From a virus (taxonomy: Duplodnaviria; Caudoviricetes), in IMG/VR virus record IMGVR_UViG_3300048023_000141, positions 1 to 24,462 of that record: a DNA stretch of 24,462 nucleotides. One strand, 5' to 3'. The first letter of the stretch is position 1; the number at the start of each line of letters is the position of its first letter. A model generated the notes under the pieces. The model saw nothing but the letters and a program-made list of their open reading frames with translations, was not told the DNA's origin and made no database searches. This document shows, one piece after another, positions 1 through 12,000 of this stretch. The position numbers and the translations under genes were made by a program.

Positions 1-1
1 A

Positions 2-3000
2 TCTGTATATCATCCTGTCTTTTATCATCCGACAGATTCACAGACTAACTCACAGTCAAGACTTGCTGATGCATTCCGTCTAATCAGAAGAAACTCATCT
101 GAGATTAGAGACAAGGCACTTGCTCAGATTGCTGTTGATCATCCTAACTTTGTTATTGATGGAGATAGTGCAGTTGATGGAGGATCAAGATTTGCATCTG
201 CATATCGTTTAATTAAATTTAATAGAGATCAGATTGTTGATACTGCACTAGCAGAAACAACTGTACAACATCCAGATTACTTCTTTGTTGGTGATCAACA
301 GACTGACGCACGTTCAAGATATGCTGATGGTTATCGTTTAATTGTACAGAACAGAACAGAAATCGTAAACACAGCATGGGCAAACATGCTAGTATCATAT
401 CCTAATCACGGTGCTTATGAGGTAAAATGTAAGCGTGACTTAGGTATCTTTATTGATGCTATCGGTTTAGACTTATTTGTTGGTGGTAACAAATATTCTC
501 GTACGTTTATTCAAGAATACTTTACATCTTCTGGATCATGGATTTCTGGTGGACTACAAGGAGAGGAATCACAGAGTATAGAGGCATTCAACCAAGCAAG
601 AGATCAGATGAAACTTGCTGTTGCTAACCAACTAAGCATTCAAGATCTTAGTGTTACTCCAGGTCCTGCACAGTATAATGGTGGCGGTGGAGATATTGCT
701 AACAATAACTCTGGTGCATGTGACGACGTACAGTCTGCTATTGTAACTCTTACTAATATAGTTACTACACAAGTTGCTGCTGGTAACCTTAACGCACTTC
801 CTTCTGAGACATCATATATCTCAGGTCCTGGCGAAGAGAAATGTCGTAGAGATATTGGTATATTTGTTGACTCTCTAGCACTTGATTTATTCTGTAAGGG
901 TAATGTTTACTCACATAGATTTGCAGCAGAGTTCTTTACTGATGCTACAACTCCAGAGTTCTCATTCAACTCAGGGGTATACAATACCAACTTTAATAAA
1001 GCTGCTGAAATGATCAAGAAAGCGATCACCAATCAGTTATACTTTAAAGATAATGGAACACAGGGAGCAATAGACAGAACAGCAGACAATGCACCTGGAT
1101 CAGATTATGGCCAGGTATCTAAAAACTTTACACCACATGGTGCTGCATATACCGCATCTACTGGTGACTTAATTCTTGATATTGCTAATCATGGATTGAG
1201 TGTTGGTGATATGATTAAGATTGCAGACAATGCTTTAACATTTACTTGTGGAATGGATGGTAACTATAGTAACCACACATATCCTCGTACAACAGATCCA
1301 GCATCTGGACAGTACATTCAGATTACTTCTGCTACAACAGATAGCATCACAGTTAATGTAGGTCCTTCTCCTCTAGTATCATTTACTCCTACTGCTGGAA
1401 CTTATGATGCTGCTACTGGTTTATTAGTTTTAACCATAGGTACTCATAGTTTAACAACTGGAACAAACATTAAGATTGCTGATAATTCATTGAAGTTTAA
1501 GTGTTCAATGGATGACTATGGTACAGTACACACATATCCAAGAGTTACTGATCCTGTATCTGGTGAATCAATAGAAATTACTGCAGTCACATCAGATAGT
1601 ATTACAGTCAACGTTGGTCAATCACCTCTCGTACAGTTCACTCCAACTAATGCTTCCTTTACACCTACAACAGGTATAATGGAATTGACTATTGGTGATC
1701 ACAGTCTACGTGGTGCTGATAGATATTCTCCTAGCAACGCTGCATATAATCCTACTACAGGTATTATGACAATTACCGTTGCAGACCATGGTTTTGTAAA
1801 TGGTAACGTAGTTAGAATTGATGATGATGCATTGACATTTACTTGTGGTCAAGATAGCAATGTTACTAACCACTCATATCCTCGTTCTACTGACCCAGTT
1901 AGTGGAATGTGGATCCCCATTTCAAATGTAACTCAGAATACATTTGATGTACAGGTATTAGCATCAACACCATCTACAAACGAAACTCCACACGCATTTG
2001 TTTCTGCTGCTGCTAACAGTGTTACATTCCCAAGAGATAGTATCAAGTTAGCTGATGGTGCTGTTACATTTACTTGCGATCAAGATAGTAACGCAACTAA
2101 CCACAGTTATCCTAGAACTACTGTAGAGACTGCTACAGTAACAGGTGCTGACTATGATCCACAGACTGGTGTAATGGAAATAACCATTGCAAACCATGGA
2201 ATAAAGAATAATGAACAGATCAAATTTGCAGATGATTCATTAACATTCACTTGTTTACAAGATAATAATGGTACTAACCATACATATCCAAGATCAACTG
2301 ACCCAGTAAGTGATAAGTGGTTAAAGGTATTCAACGCACAAACAAATACATTCCAAGTACAAGTATTAGATAATTTCCCATCTACTAATATTACTACTCA
2401 TACATTTGTAAGTGCTACTACAAATGGTTTATCATTCAAGAAAGACCCATTCTATGATAATTCAATCTATATTGAGGAAGTTCCTAGTACAGCTGCTACA
2501 GTAACTAATGCAACATATAATGGTGCTACTGGTGTAATGGTAATTACCAGTGCTGGTCATGGTCTTTCAAATGGCAACAAAATTAAATTTGAATTAGGAT
2601 CTCTAACATTCAGTTGTACAAAAGATGGTAACGCATCAAACCATAGTTACCCACGTATAACAGACCCATCATATGATGAGTGGTTGACTGTTTCTAACAA
2701 AACTAACGACACATTTGAAGTTAGTGTAGGTATTTCTGGTCCTAACGATCAGTACGACCACACATTTGTAAGTGCTACTGCTAGTGGTTTACTTAAACAG
2801 TCTGGAACTATTAAGTTATTCATTGGTGTATCTTCTAACACTACAACTCACGCATTTGTAAGTGCTGTTGCAAACTCAGTCAAGACTGGTGGAACATATA
2901 CTCATGTATGGGCTGGTGCTGATGCTAACGCAGTAGCATCTGGTGGTGACTATTCACATACATTTGTAAGTGCAAGTGCTAATGCAGTGAACTTTGGTGG

Positions 3001-6000
3001 TAACACTGAGAATGAATTAACTGATGCTCAACAGTTCTTATGTTCTGATGTACAGTCTGCTGTTGATTCACTAACAAGTATTATCACTACAATTCTTGCT
3101 AATGGTAACCTTAGCACCATGCCAATAGAAGTTAACTATGGTACTGGTAGAGGACCTGGCGAAATCAAGTGTGCTCGTGACTTAGGATACTTCATTGATG
3201 CTATCTCTGTTGACATGTATCACGAAGGTAACAAGCATACCAGAGAATATACAGAACAATACTTCACCAACGCAACTACACCATTACCAAATGGTCTACA
3301 GGGTGAAGAGTCAGAAAGTATAACTGCATACAACACTGCCCTCAACGAAATGAAGAAGGCAATTACTAACCAGTTGTACTATAAAGATTTAACAGTCACA
3401 GAAGGTGGATCCACTTATGCTGGATCAACTACTGACGTAGGAACTCCTACTAACGTGACATATGATGCAACTACTGGAACTCTAGTAACAACTATTACAG
3501 GTCACGGTCTTGCTAACGGAGATAAGATTAAGTTCTTAGAGAATTCATTAGTGTTATCATGCACAATGGATGGTAATACTTCTAATAAATCATATCCAAG
3601 ACCAACTGATCCAACATTCAATACATGGTTGACTGTTGCAAATAAAACTAATGATACATTTGAAGTAAACGTAGGTACATCACCTCTAGTAACATACACA
3701 CCAAATACAGGAACAACATATGATCCTAATACAGGATTGATGGTTCTAGAAATCGGTAATCATGATTTAACAGCTGGCACAAGTATTAAAATAGCAGCTA
3801 ACTCATTAACATTCACATGTGATCAGGACAACAATGCAACCAATCACACATATCCCCGTGCTTCTGATCCGTTCTATGATACTGCAGTCAATATTCAGTC
3901 AGTAACAGGAACTACAATAACAATACAAGTTCTAAGCACTGTACCATCTACTAACACAACTCCACATACATTTGTATCTGCAACTGCTGGAGCAGTTATT
4001 GCTGGTGGTAACTATGTTCATACATTTGTATCTGCAACAACAAATGCAGTTAGAAAACAAAACTCAGCAATTACAAGCAGGACAAGTTCAAGTGCATGTT
4101 CTGATGTACAGTCTGCTATTGACACACTAGGAACTATTGTTACTGATGCTATTGCTGCTGGTAATATTACAGGTGGTATTTGGAATAATGCAGCGAACGC
4201 AGGAACATTGATACCTGGTGAAGAAAAATGTCGCAGAGATTTAGGTATTGTTGTTGATGCTGTTGCACAAGATCTTTGGTTTGGTGGTAATGAATTTACT
4301 ATTGCATCAACTAAAGAATACTTTAAGGGTAATCAACTCATTGCTAATGGTGTTGATAATGAAGTTGCACCATCTGTTACTGCATTCAAACGTGCAGAAG
4401 ATTTAATGCAACGTGCATTGAACAACCAATACTATGATCGTGATCTAAACATTACACTTGACACAATTGGTGATCCTCCTATTGTTGGAGACATTGAGTG
4501 TGATGCACATGACATGGTTATCGCTAATCAGTTATTCATTGCTAAAGAAGCATATGAAAGAATGAAGGCAGCATATCCATCATATACTCCATCTACAGGA
4601 AATACAGCACAGGATTGTTTGGATGATATCTATGATGTACTACGTGATGTAATGTGGGATGTTAAGTTTGGTGGTAACTATAAGACATATTCTATTGCTA
4701 AAGGTTATATCACTAACGACTTCAATGGTAAGACATATCCACAGATCATTCAAGATGTAGAAAGAGATGAGGTTGCAAAAGTATTCCAAGAAGTTAAGAA
4801 CATTGCAATACAAGTTATCAAAAATGAAGCAGTTACTGTTTCATCTGGTAATACATTAACACAGATCATAGACAATACAATTGTTGATGACTGGGATGCT
4901 GAAGAACTATTACCTAAGTGTGGTTCAGCTGTTGCTGCTGTTGATACATTAATGGGTATCATTGTACAGGCAATCGGAACTGATGCTGGTGTTGGTAATC
5001 TTACTGGTATACAAAGGACTACTGCTGATGGTGCTGATCCTGGTTGGAACACAGCATTGAATATTTTGTCTGCAACAGCAACATCTATTACAGTTAACGT
5101 TGGTGCATCACCAGCTGGTGAGCAATACGCCCACACATTTGTTGCTGCACAGTCAGGTGCAGTTGTATCTGGTGGTAATTATGATCACACATTTGTTAGT
5201 TCCACATCTGGTTCAGTTAGTGTTGTTGGTGGATCTACAATTACTCCAGCTAACGCAACATATGATGCAACCACAGGTATAATGGTATTATACTTTGGAT
5301 CTAAGCATGGCGTAACTACCAGTAATCAAATCTCTATAGGTGCTAACACTCTTACATTTACATGTTCTATGGATCAGAACAGTTCTAGTAAGACATATCC
5401 TAGAAGTAGTGATCCTATCAGTGGACAGAATATAAACCCAACTGCTGTTACAGATTATAGTATTAGTGTTAACGTTGGTACATCTCCTTTAGTTGAATTT
5501 AATGTCACTAACGCTGTATATGATCAAACAACTGGATCTTTAGCATTAACTATTGGTCAACATACTTTACCAACTGGTACAAGTATTAAACTCAAGGAAG
5601 AGTCACTCATCTTTACATGTACTAAAGATCAAAACAAAACATCACATGCATATCCAAGATCTGCTGGTAAGTATCAACCTACTGCATATCAAGACGGTAA
5701 CTGTTCTGATGTTCTTGCTACAGTCAACGCCTTAGTTGATATTCTTTGCAACTCTATTGATGATGGTAACTTAAACAATCTACCTCCACTAAGTACTGGT
5801 GAGTGGGATTGTGCTAACGTTCGTGCATCTATCGAGACATTGTTTGATATATTAAATGATGCTATTGGTGGTGGAACTCTTGCTGGTTTACCTCCACTAA
5901 ACACTGGTGACTTTACAATCAACAACGAAGCATCTAAGTGTTTCCGTGATGTTACATACATTGTTGATGCTGTTGTTAATGACCTTAGACTTGGTGGTAA

Positions 6001-9000
6001 CTTAAACAGTATTCAAGCTGGTGAGGCATACTATGTTGGTAACAACCTAGAATATATTGATGGAGAGAAGACAGAGACATTAGATGCATGGAACTATGTC
6101 GGACAAATGGCAACTGCTGCCATGAGAAATTTCGATGTTCTTGCATATAATTGTACAACTACATCTGGTTCTGCAATTATAGATGTCAACGATACTCGTG
6201 GTGTCATAATTGGTATGAGTGTTGTTGAATATACTGCTGGATCATATCGTGATGGAGACAATGCACCTGGATTACTAGGTAACAGTCCAACTCCAGTTTA
6301 CACAACAATACCAGAAGGAACATATGTCAAGAGAATCGTAAGTAACACACAAGTTGAACTTGGTGTCAATGGTTCTAGATTGACTGAGGGCGTGACTGTA
6401 AATGCATTACAGAATAGTACAACTATTGATCTATACTTCAAGTATGAGAAAGGTATCTGGGCTGATACATTACCAAACACTGTGACTGTAGGTCCTGAGA
6501 CAGAAGGTCCTGAGGTCATTGCTGATAGTACAGTATCACCAACAAATAGAGAGTGTGCAGGAACAGCAAACGCCATTGAAACATTAGTTGGTAACATTAC
6601 TACTATCATTAACAGTGGTCTTGGTACAGTCACAAGACAAGAACAGACAGTCAACACTGCACTTCTATCATCTAGAGCAACACTATTCACAATTGACGTT
6701 GCTGGTACAGGACCTTCAAACCCACATGACTTTGAAACAGGAACTCCCGTAAGATTGGTTCCAAGACCCCGTTTTGATCAGGTAACTGGTAGATATGTTG
6801 ATGTAGATAAGCGTCTTGTTAGACTACCTAATGGATTTGAAACTAACAGAACATACTATGTAATTGCACCAGGTAGAGTCACACAACCAGAAAACTATGG
6901 AGGTACAACTCTTTTCAATGGTAGTGATCAAACTAGATTGATGCTTGCAACATCTAAAGAAAATGCTGCTGCTGGTATCTACATCTATGCATCTGAGACA
7001 GATAGTATAGACAAGGATGTTGAGATTGATCTTTATCAATTCGTTCTTGATGACAAGTATGATCTACACAACTACAGTGCAGAGTTAACAAATACAGTCA
7101 ACGCTGGTATTATGACCAACGTTTCACATATATTTGACGTACCAAACGCAGGAACAACTCCACAGAAAGCATTCATTAGAGCAGTAGAAGGTGGTTTATT
7201 ACCATTAGTTGCTACAACATATGCAAATGATCCACAGGTTGCAGTCATTGATCCACAAAATGCTGCTATTGGTAGAATCAATCCGAATGTTGAATTCTTT
7301 ACTCGTTATCAAAACAGTAAGGTAATTACAATACACAAAACACATGCTGATGCTATTAATAATGTAAATCCAATTACGTTTGCAGCTGGACAGAGTGGAA
7401 CCAAGTTCTTTGTTTATGCTAACAAACGTCGTTCACCAATGAAGTTTGATCCTGGATTTACTGATGCTACTGCAACAAATGGTAAGTGGTATATTCAATG
7501 TAAGGATGAGGTAACTGGACAACCAGATAACGTTAAGAAGAACAACATCTTCTGGAGAATTGGTGAGTCTGATTATTCAGATAGACAAAGATCTACCGAT
7601 ATGTGGTATCAACGTCTAGAAGATACTCGTGACAAGGATGAAAGAACATACAAAATTCGTATGGTTATTCCTAGTTACCTTGAAAATGCAAGAGATCCAA
7701 TCAATGGATTTGTTATCAAGACTAGAACTGATGATACACGTAAGTTAGTACCACAGAAAATTGTATTAAAACCAGTTGTTGGTACAGTATATGGTGCTAG
7801 ATTCCAGAACCCAGTTGATGCATCTGAATTTATTGGTGATACAACTGGAACATATGACCCATTTAGAAGAGACACAACAGGTGCTGGTATTGAATATCGT
7901 TCATTTGCTAAGTTTACATCTGGTATACAAGCAACTATTCAGTCTGGTCGTAAGATAAAAGATATCTTAGATGAAAGTATAGAATACTTAGAGTTAACAG
8001 TATTCGATCACGGTGTTGATACTAAGAATTTCCCTGGATTAAGAAACGAGACATTTACTACGGTAAAAATAACATCACCACAAGGTGGAATATTCATTAC
8101 TAGCAAAGTAAATAACCTCGCAAGTTCTACTAATGCTGTATCATTTGCTGGTAACTCATCAGGTCTTGCAAATATACATGCTTACTACACTATAAATGGT
8201 GAGCATTATCTTATCATCAAGAATATTCGTGGTGGTACATTAGAATATAGTGAGTATGCTAATACTAGATTCACTCAAGGCACTGTCTTTGCTGACATGC
8301 TAGAGGATCAGGATATGGGCAAATCACTACCTCTAAAAACACAAATTGCAAAAAATAATCCCCAGTTTTTCTACAAGCAAAACGGTTCTAACGTTTATAC
8401 TATCACACCAGGTGATAGGATTCAAGATGATGCTGGTGTTGAATACTATGTTGATAGTGTCGATGATGTTGGTGTTATTGAAGATACATTCTATATCTTT
8501 GGATATGAAACATTACAGAAACGTATATCAGGTCAGCAAGATGGTATTTACTATCTAACTGCATTACGTGGTAACATATCACCATTCCCAGTTGGTGCTG
8601 GTATAACTAATAACTTCAAGAAGTTTAAGTTCTCTCAACCAGTCGGTAAACTATATCCTTTAAACTATAGGAATGATCCCCTTTGGTTTAACAACTCTGG
8701 TACAACACAGAAAGAGAAAGATTACTATGCTGGATTAATTGATCCACCACAGGTATACTCTGCTGCTGATAACTATGTACATGGTTTAGTTACAGTAAAC
8801 GATTTTAAAGGATCAACAACTAAAGAGATGGTTGCTGATTTAACAGAGCAACCAGCTTTCCTTGATAGAACATACACAATTCAAGCACAAGATGGTAATG
8901 CTGCATCTGGATCTGAACAAAGAAAGATTCCAATTGCTGGTAGTGGAACAGTATCAATAACAGATACGAAATACTACATCGAACTTAGACGACCATCTAT

Positions 9001-12000
9001 TGCAAGAGCAGGAAACCACACATTTGAATACCTCGGTTTTGGACCAGGTAACTACAGTACTGGTTTACCAGCAAGACAAGAAGTTGTACTCACACCTGAT
9101 GAAGACTTCTACGCACAGTCTAAGAAACAAGATGGTGGTATCGTATTCTATACAGGTATCAACTCTCAAGGTGATCTTTATATTGGTAATAGAAGAATTA
9201 ATGCTATTACTGGTGAAGAGACATTTATTGATAGAGCAACACTTGTAGATGATGGAGACGAGGACGATACACTAGGAGGATTGGTAACTACCTTTGATAC
9301 TCCTGTAACATTCAACCAGAATATTACAGTTGTTGGTGGTGATGGTGAATTGGTTAATACATTTGAATCACCTATCACTATTGCTGTTCAAGATTCCGAT
9401 CTAACACAGGCACGTGATGCTTTAATCATTCGTTCAAATGTCACATCTGTTGATCCAGTCACACAGTTAGAGCAAGATGAAGGATTAGATAGAACTTCAT
9501 TCTCACCTCCAACTGATGGTGATATTAGAATTAGTAAGAACAAAGTACAGTCTGCTATCTTCCAGTTCAATGCTAGAGGTAATGGTCAGGGATATATGTT
9601 CCAGACACATACTGTGTCAGGTGTTGCTTCTAATATTACACCAAACCAATCTCCATTGATTGTAGATGGTGGATCCAGAATCAATTCTGTACAGTTTGTC
9701 AGTTATGGTGGTGTAATTGCTACAACTGGTGATGTATTATTTAAAGGATCTGAAATTGGTAAGAGTGGATCACTTGCTTGGGTTCTTGCTAACTACTTCT
9801 CTCAAATTGCTAATAATAGTATTGACAATATTGTATTTGATGGATCTAACGTTGTTAAACTAGAGTTCAGAGACTTTAATAGTGGCGTTGCTCTTACAAA
9901 CACAGAGATTGGAATTACATCTGCATCACAGATTAGAATTAAAAACTTCTACTTTGATCCTAGATTAAATTTAACATGGCAAGTATATGCTGCTAAACCT
10001 GGTGATCCATTCTCAGTAACAAACAACTATGTACATTTCCAAGTTATTGATCAAATCCCACAGTCAACTAATCCATGGGAAACTATAATTGCTGGAACTG
10101 CTCAAGGTGCTGTTGCTCCTACTATTGAGTTTTCTAACTCTAACTTCAAAGAAGTTGGTATAATAGGTGGTGAGGCATTAAGGACAGAAACAGAAACAAT
10201 TGGTGATTATAAGTTAGGTATTAACACAGTCGCAAGAGCACCACATAGTGCATATGAAAATGCATTTGTTGATAATCTAACGACTGATCCACTTGCTAAC
10301 TTAGATGTTGTTGGTACAGCATTCATTAGTGGTAGAACAACTGCTGACTTCTTACAACATACACAGTTTGCTGATCGTGATAAGACTGCTGTTGACAATG
10401 CATTCTTAGTTGGTGGAGATAGTTCTGCTCCTAATGACATATCAGTATTCAGAATAGCAACTACAAACAGTGGTCGTGTTGGTATTAATGCAAGCAATAC
10501 TCAACTAGACAGAGCTTTAGTTGTTGTTGGAACATCTAGATTTACTGCTGATGCTAGATTTGAGCATGACATTGAGGTCAATGGTGACGGTGTTATTGCT
10601 GAGATCAGAACATCACAGACAACAGGAACGTTCAATTTAATAGATGATGCCACATTTGTTGGCACAGTTAACTTTGGTAGTGAGGTAACAACTGCATACT
10701 TATTCAATGATACTACAGCGGATCAATTTGTACATATTGCTCGTAATTCTGCACATAGTAACATATGGTTAGGTGCAACACCTGATAGTGCTGGTACTAG
10801 CATTTCTAAGGTGGAAATTGGTGGTGCATTTGCAAATCAAAACGAAGACTTATCATATACCAAGATCAAGACTAGAAACTTGAGAATTGATGGTGATGCA
10901 TGGTTAGGATTCCGTAAGGGACTTGGCGAAACTACATCACTTAAATCACAAGCATCACAAGTTGACTTTTTCTCTAACACTGGTGGTCCTTCAATAATCA
11001 ACTTTGCTTTAAACGCATCTGAAATTAACATTGCTGGTCAGGGTGGTAAGACTACTATCAACAACCAGTTAGAAGTTATTGCATCTGCTAAATTCAATGG
11101 TGATATTCATCTTTGTGGTGGTGTTGCATCATTCGCATTTACTGGTGGAAGAGCACAGTTAGGAACAGACATAGTTGCACATGAAGATGGAATTATATCA
11201 CAGTCATTATTCAATAAAAACGTTGATATCTTAAATGTACTTGTTAAACAGACAAACGAAGAAGGATACAACGCAATTGATACCGCTGGTGCAGGAGTAT
11301 GGGGTGGAACATCATATCAGAGTGAAACTAATACTGGTGGAACGGTTGAACCTGTTATTCTACCAGCATTGAGTGGAGATGAATACTACTTACCACTTAA
11401 ATTACAACCAATAAAGAATGATGGTACTCCATACTTTGGTACTAATGATTATATTATTGTTGATAGTGGAGTTGTTGGATCAGGTTCATCTGCAACCAGT
11501 CATCCAGAAATCGTACAGATTGTAGCACTTACAAGAATAAGTGAAGCACCTTACTATGTTAAGGTCAAGCGTCGTCCATTCGGTGCATTTGGTGGTGTAT
11601 TAAGTAATCATGCTGATACTATACCAATATACAAGGTTAATGTACAGTTTGATGCCACATGGACAGAGCAAGCAATTGATAATGATACCAGTGCAACAGA
11701 TTCAATATACTTATCTGAATTTGGTGGTAATCTAACAAGTAATGATTATATCCTTGTTGACAGAGATGATTCACCAAAAGTTCCAGAATATATTAAGGTT
11801 ATTACATCTCTTGCAGAACAGCAACAGAAGTTAAGAATATCTAACTGTGCTGATCCTGATGAGGATGTATTTGTAGTTAACTCTGTAACTGGTGAAGTTA
11901 CAATTGGTAATCCAAATATACCTGGTTCAATCGTAACAATCAACTCATCACTTGATATGGATGGTGGTTGTGGAACATTGAGTTCTATAACATTTACTGG

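Noticed and set aside
386-388. ATG386 as the start of the giant protein
   Set aside because: The frame is open from base 2 and the 43-aa repeat continues across this Met, so the real start is upstream of the window.
1115-5665. CRISPR array, diversity-generating retroelement repeat pair or self-splicing element among the recurring DNA words (e.g. catacatttgtaagtgc)
   Set aside because: Recurrence is in-frame protein repeat with synonymous divergence and irregular spacing. No adenine-specific variant pair, reverse transcriptase, intein or nuclease motifs were seen.
425-6620. Calling the repeats bona fide cpcA/cpeB/apc genes
   Set aside because: They are embedded and split within a giant ORF, lack X/Y helices and replace the LRxxxY motif with IDAxxxD. 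Only a remote, unverified relationship is supported.
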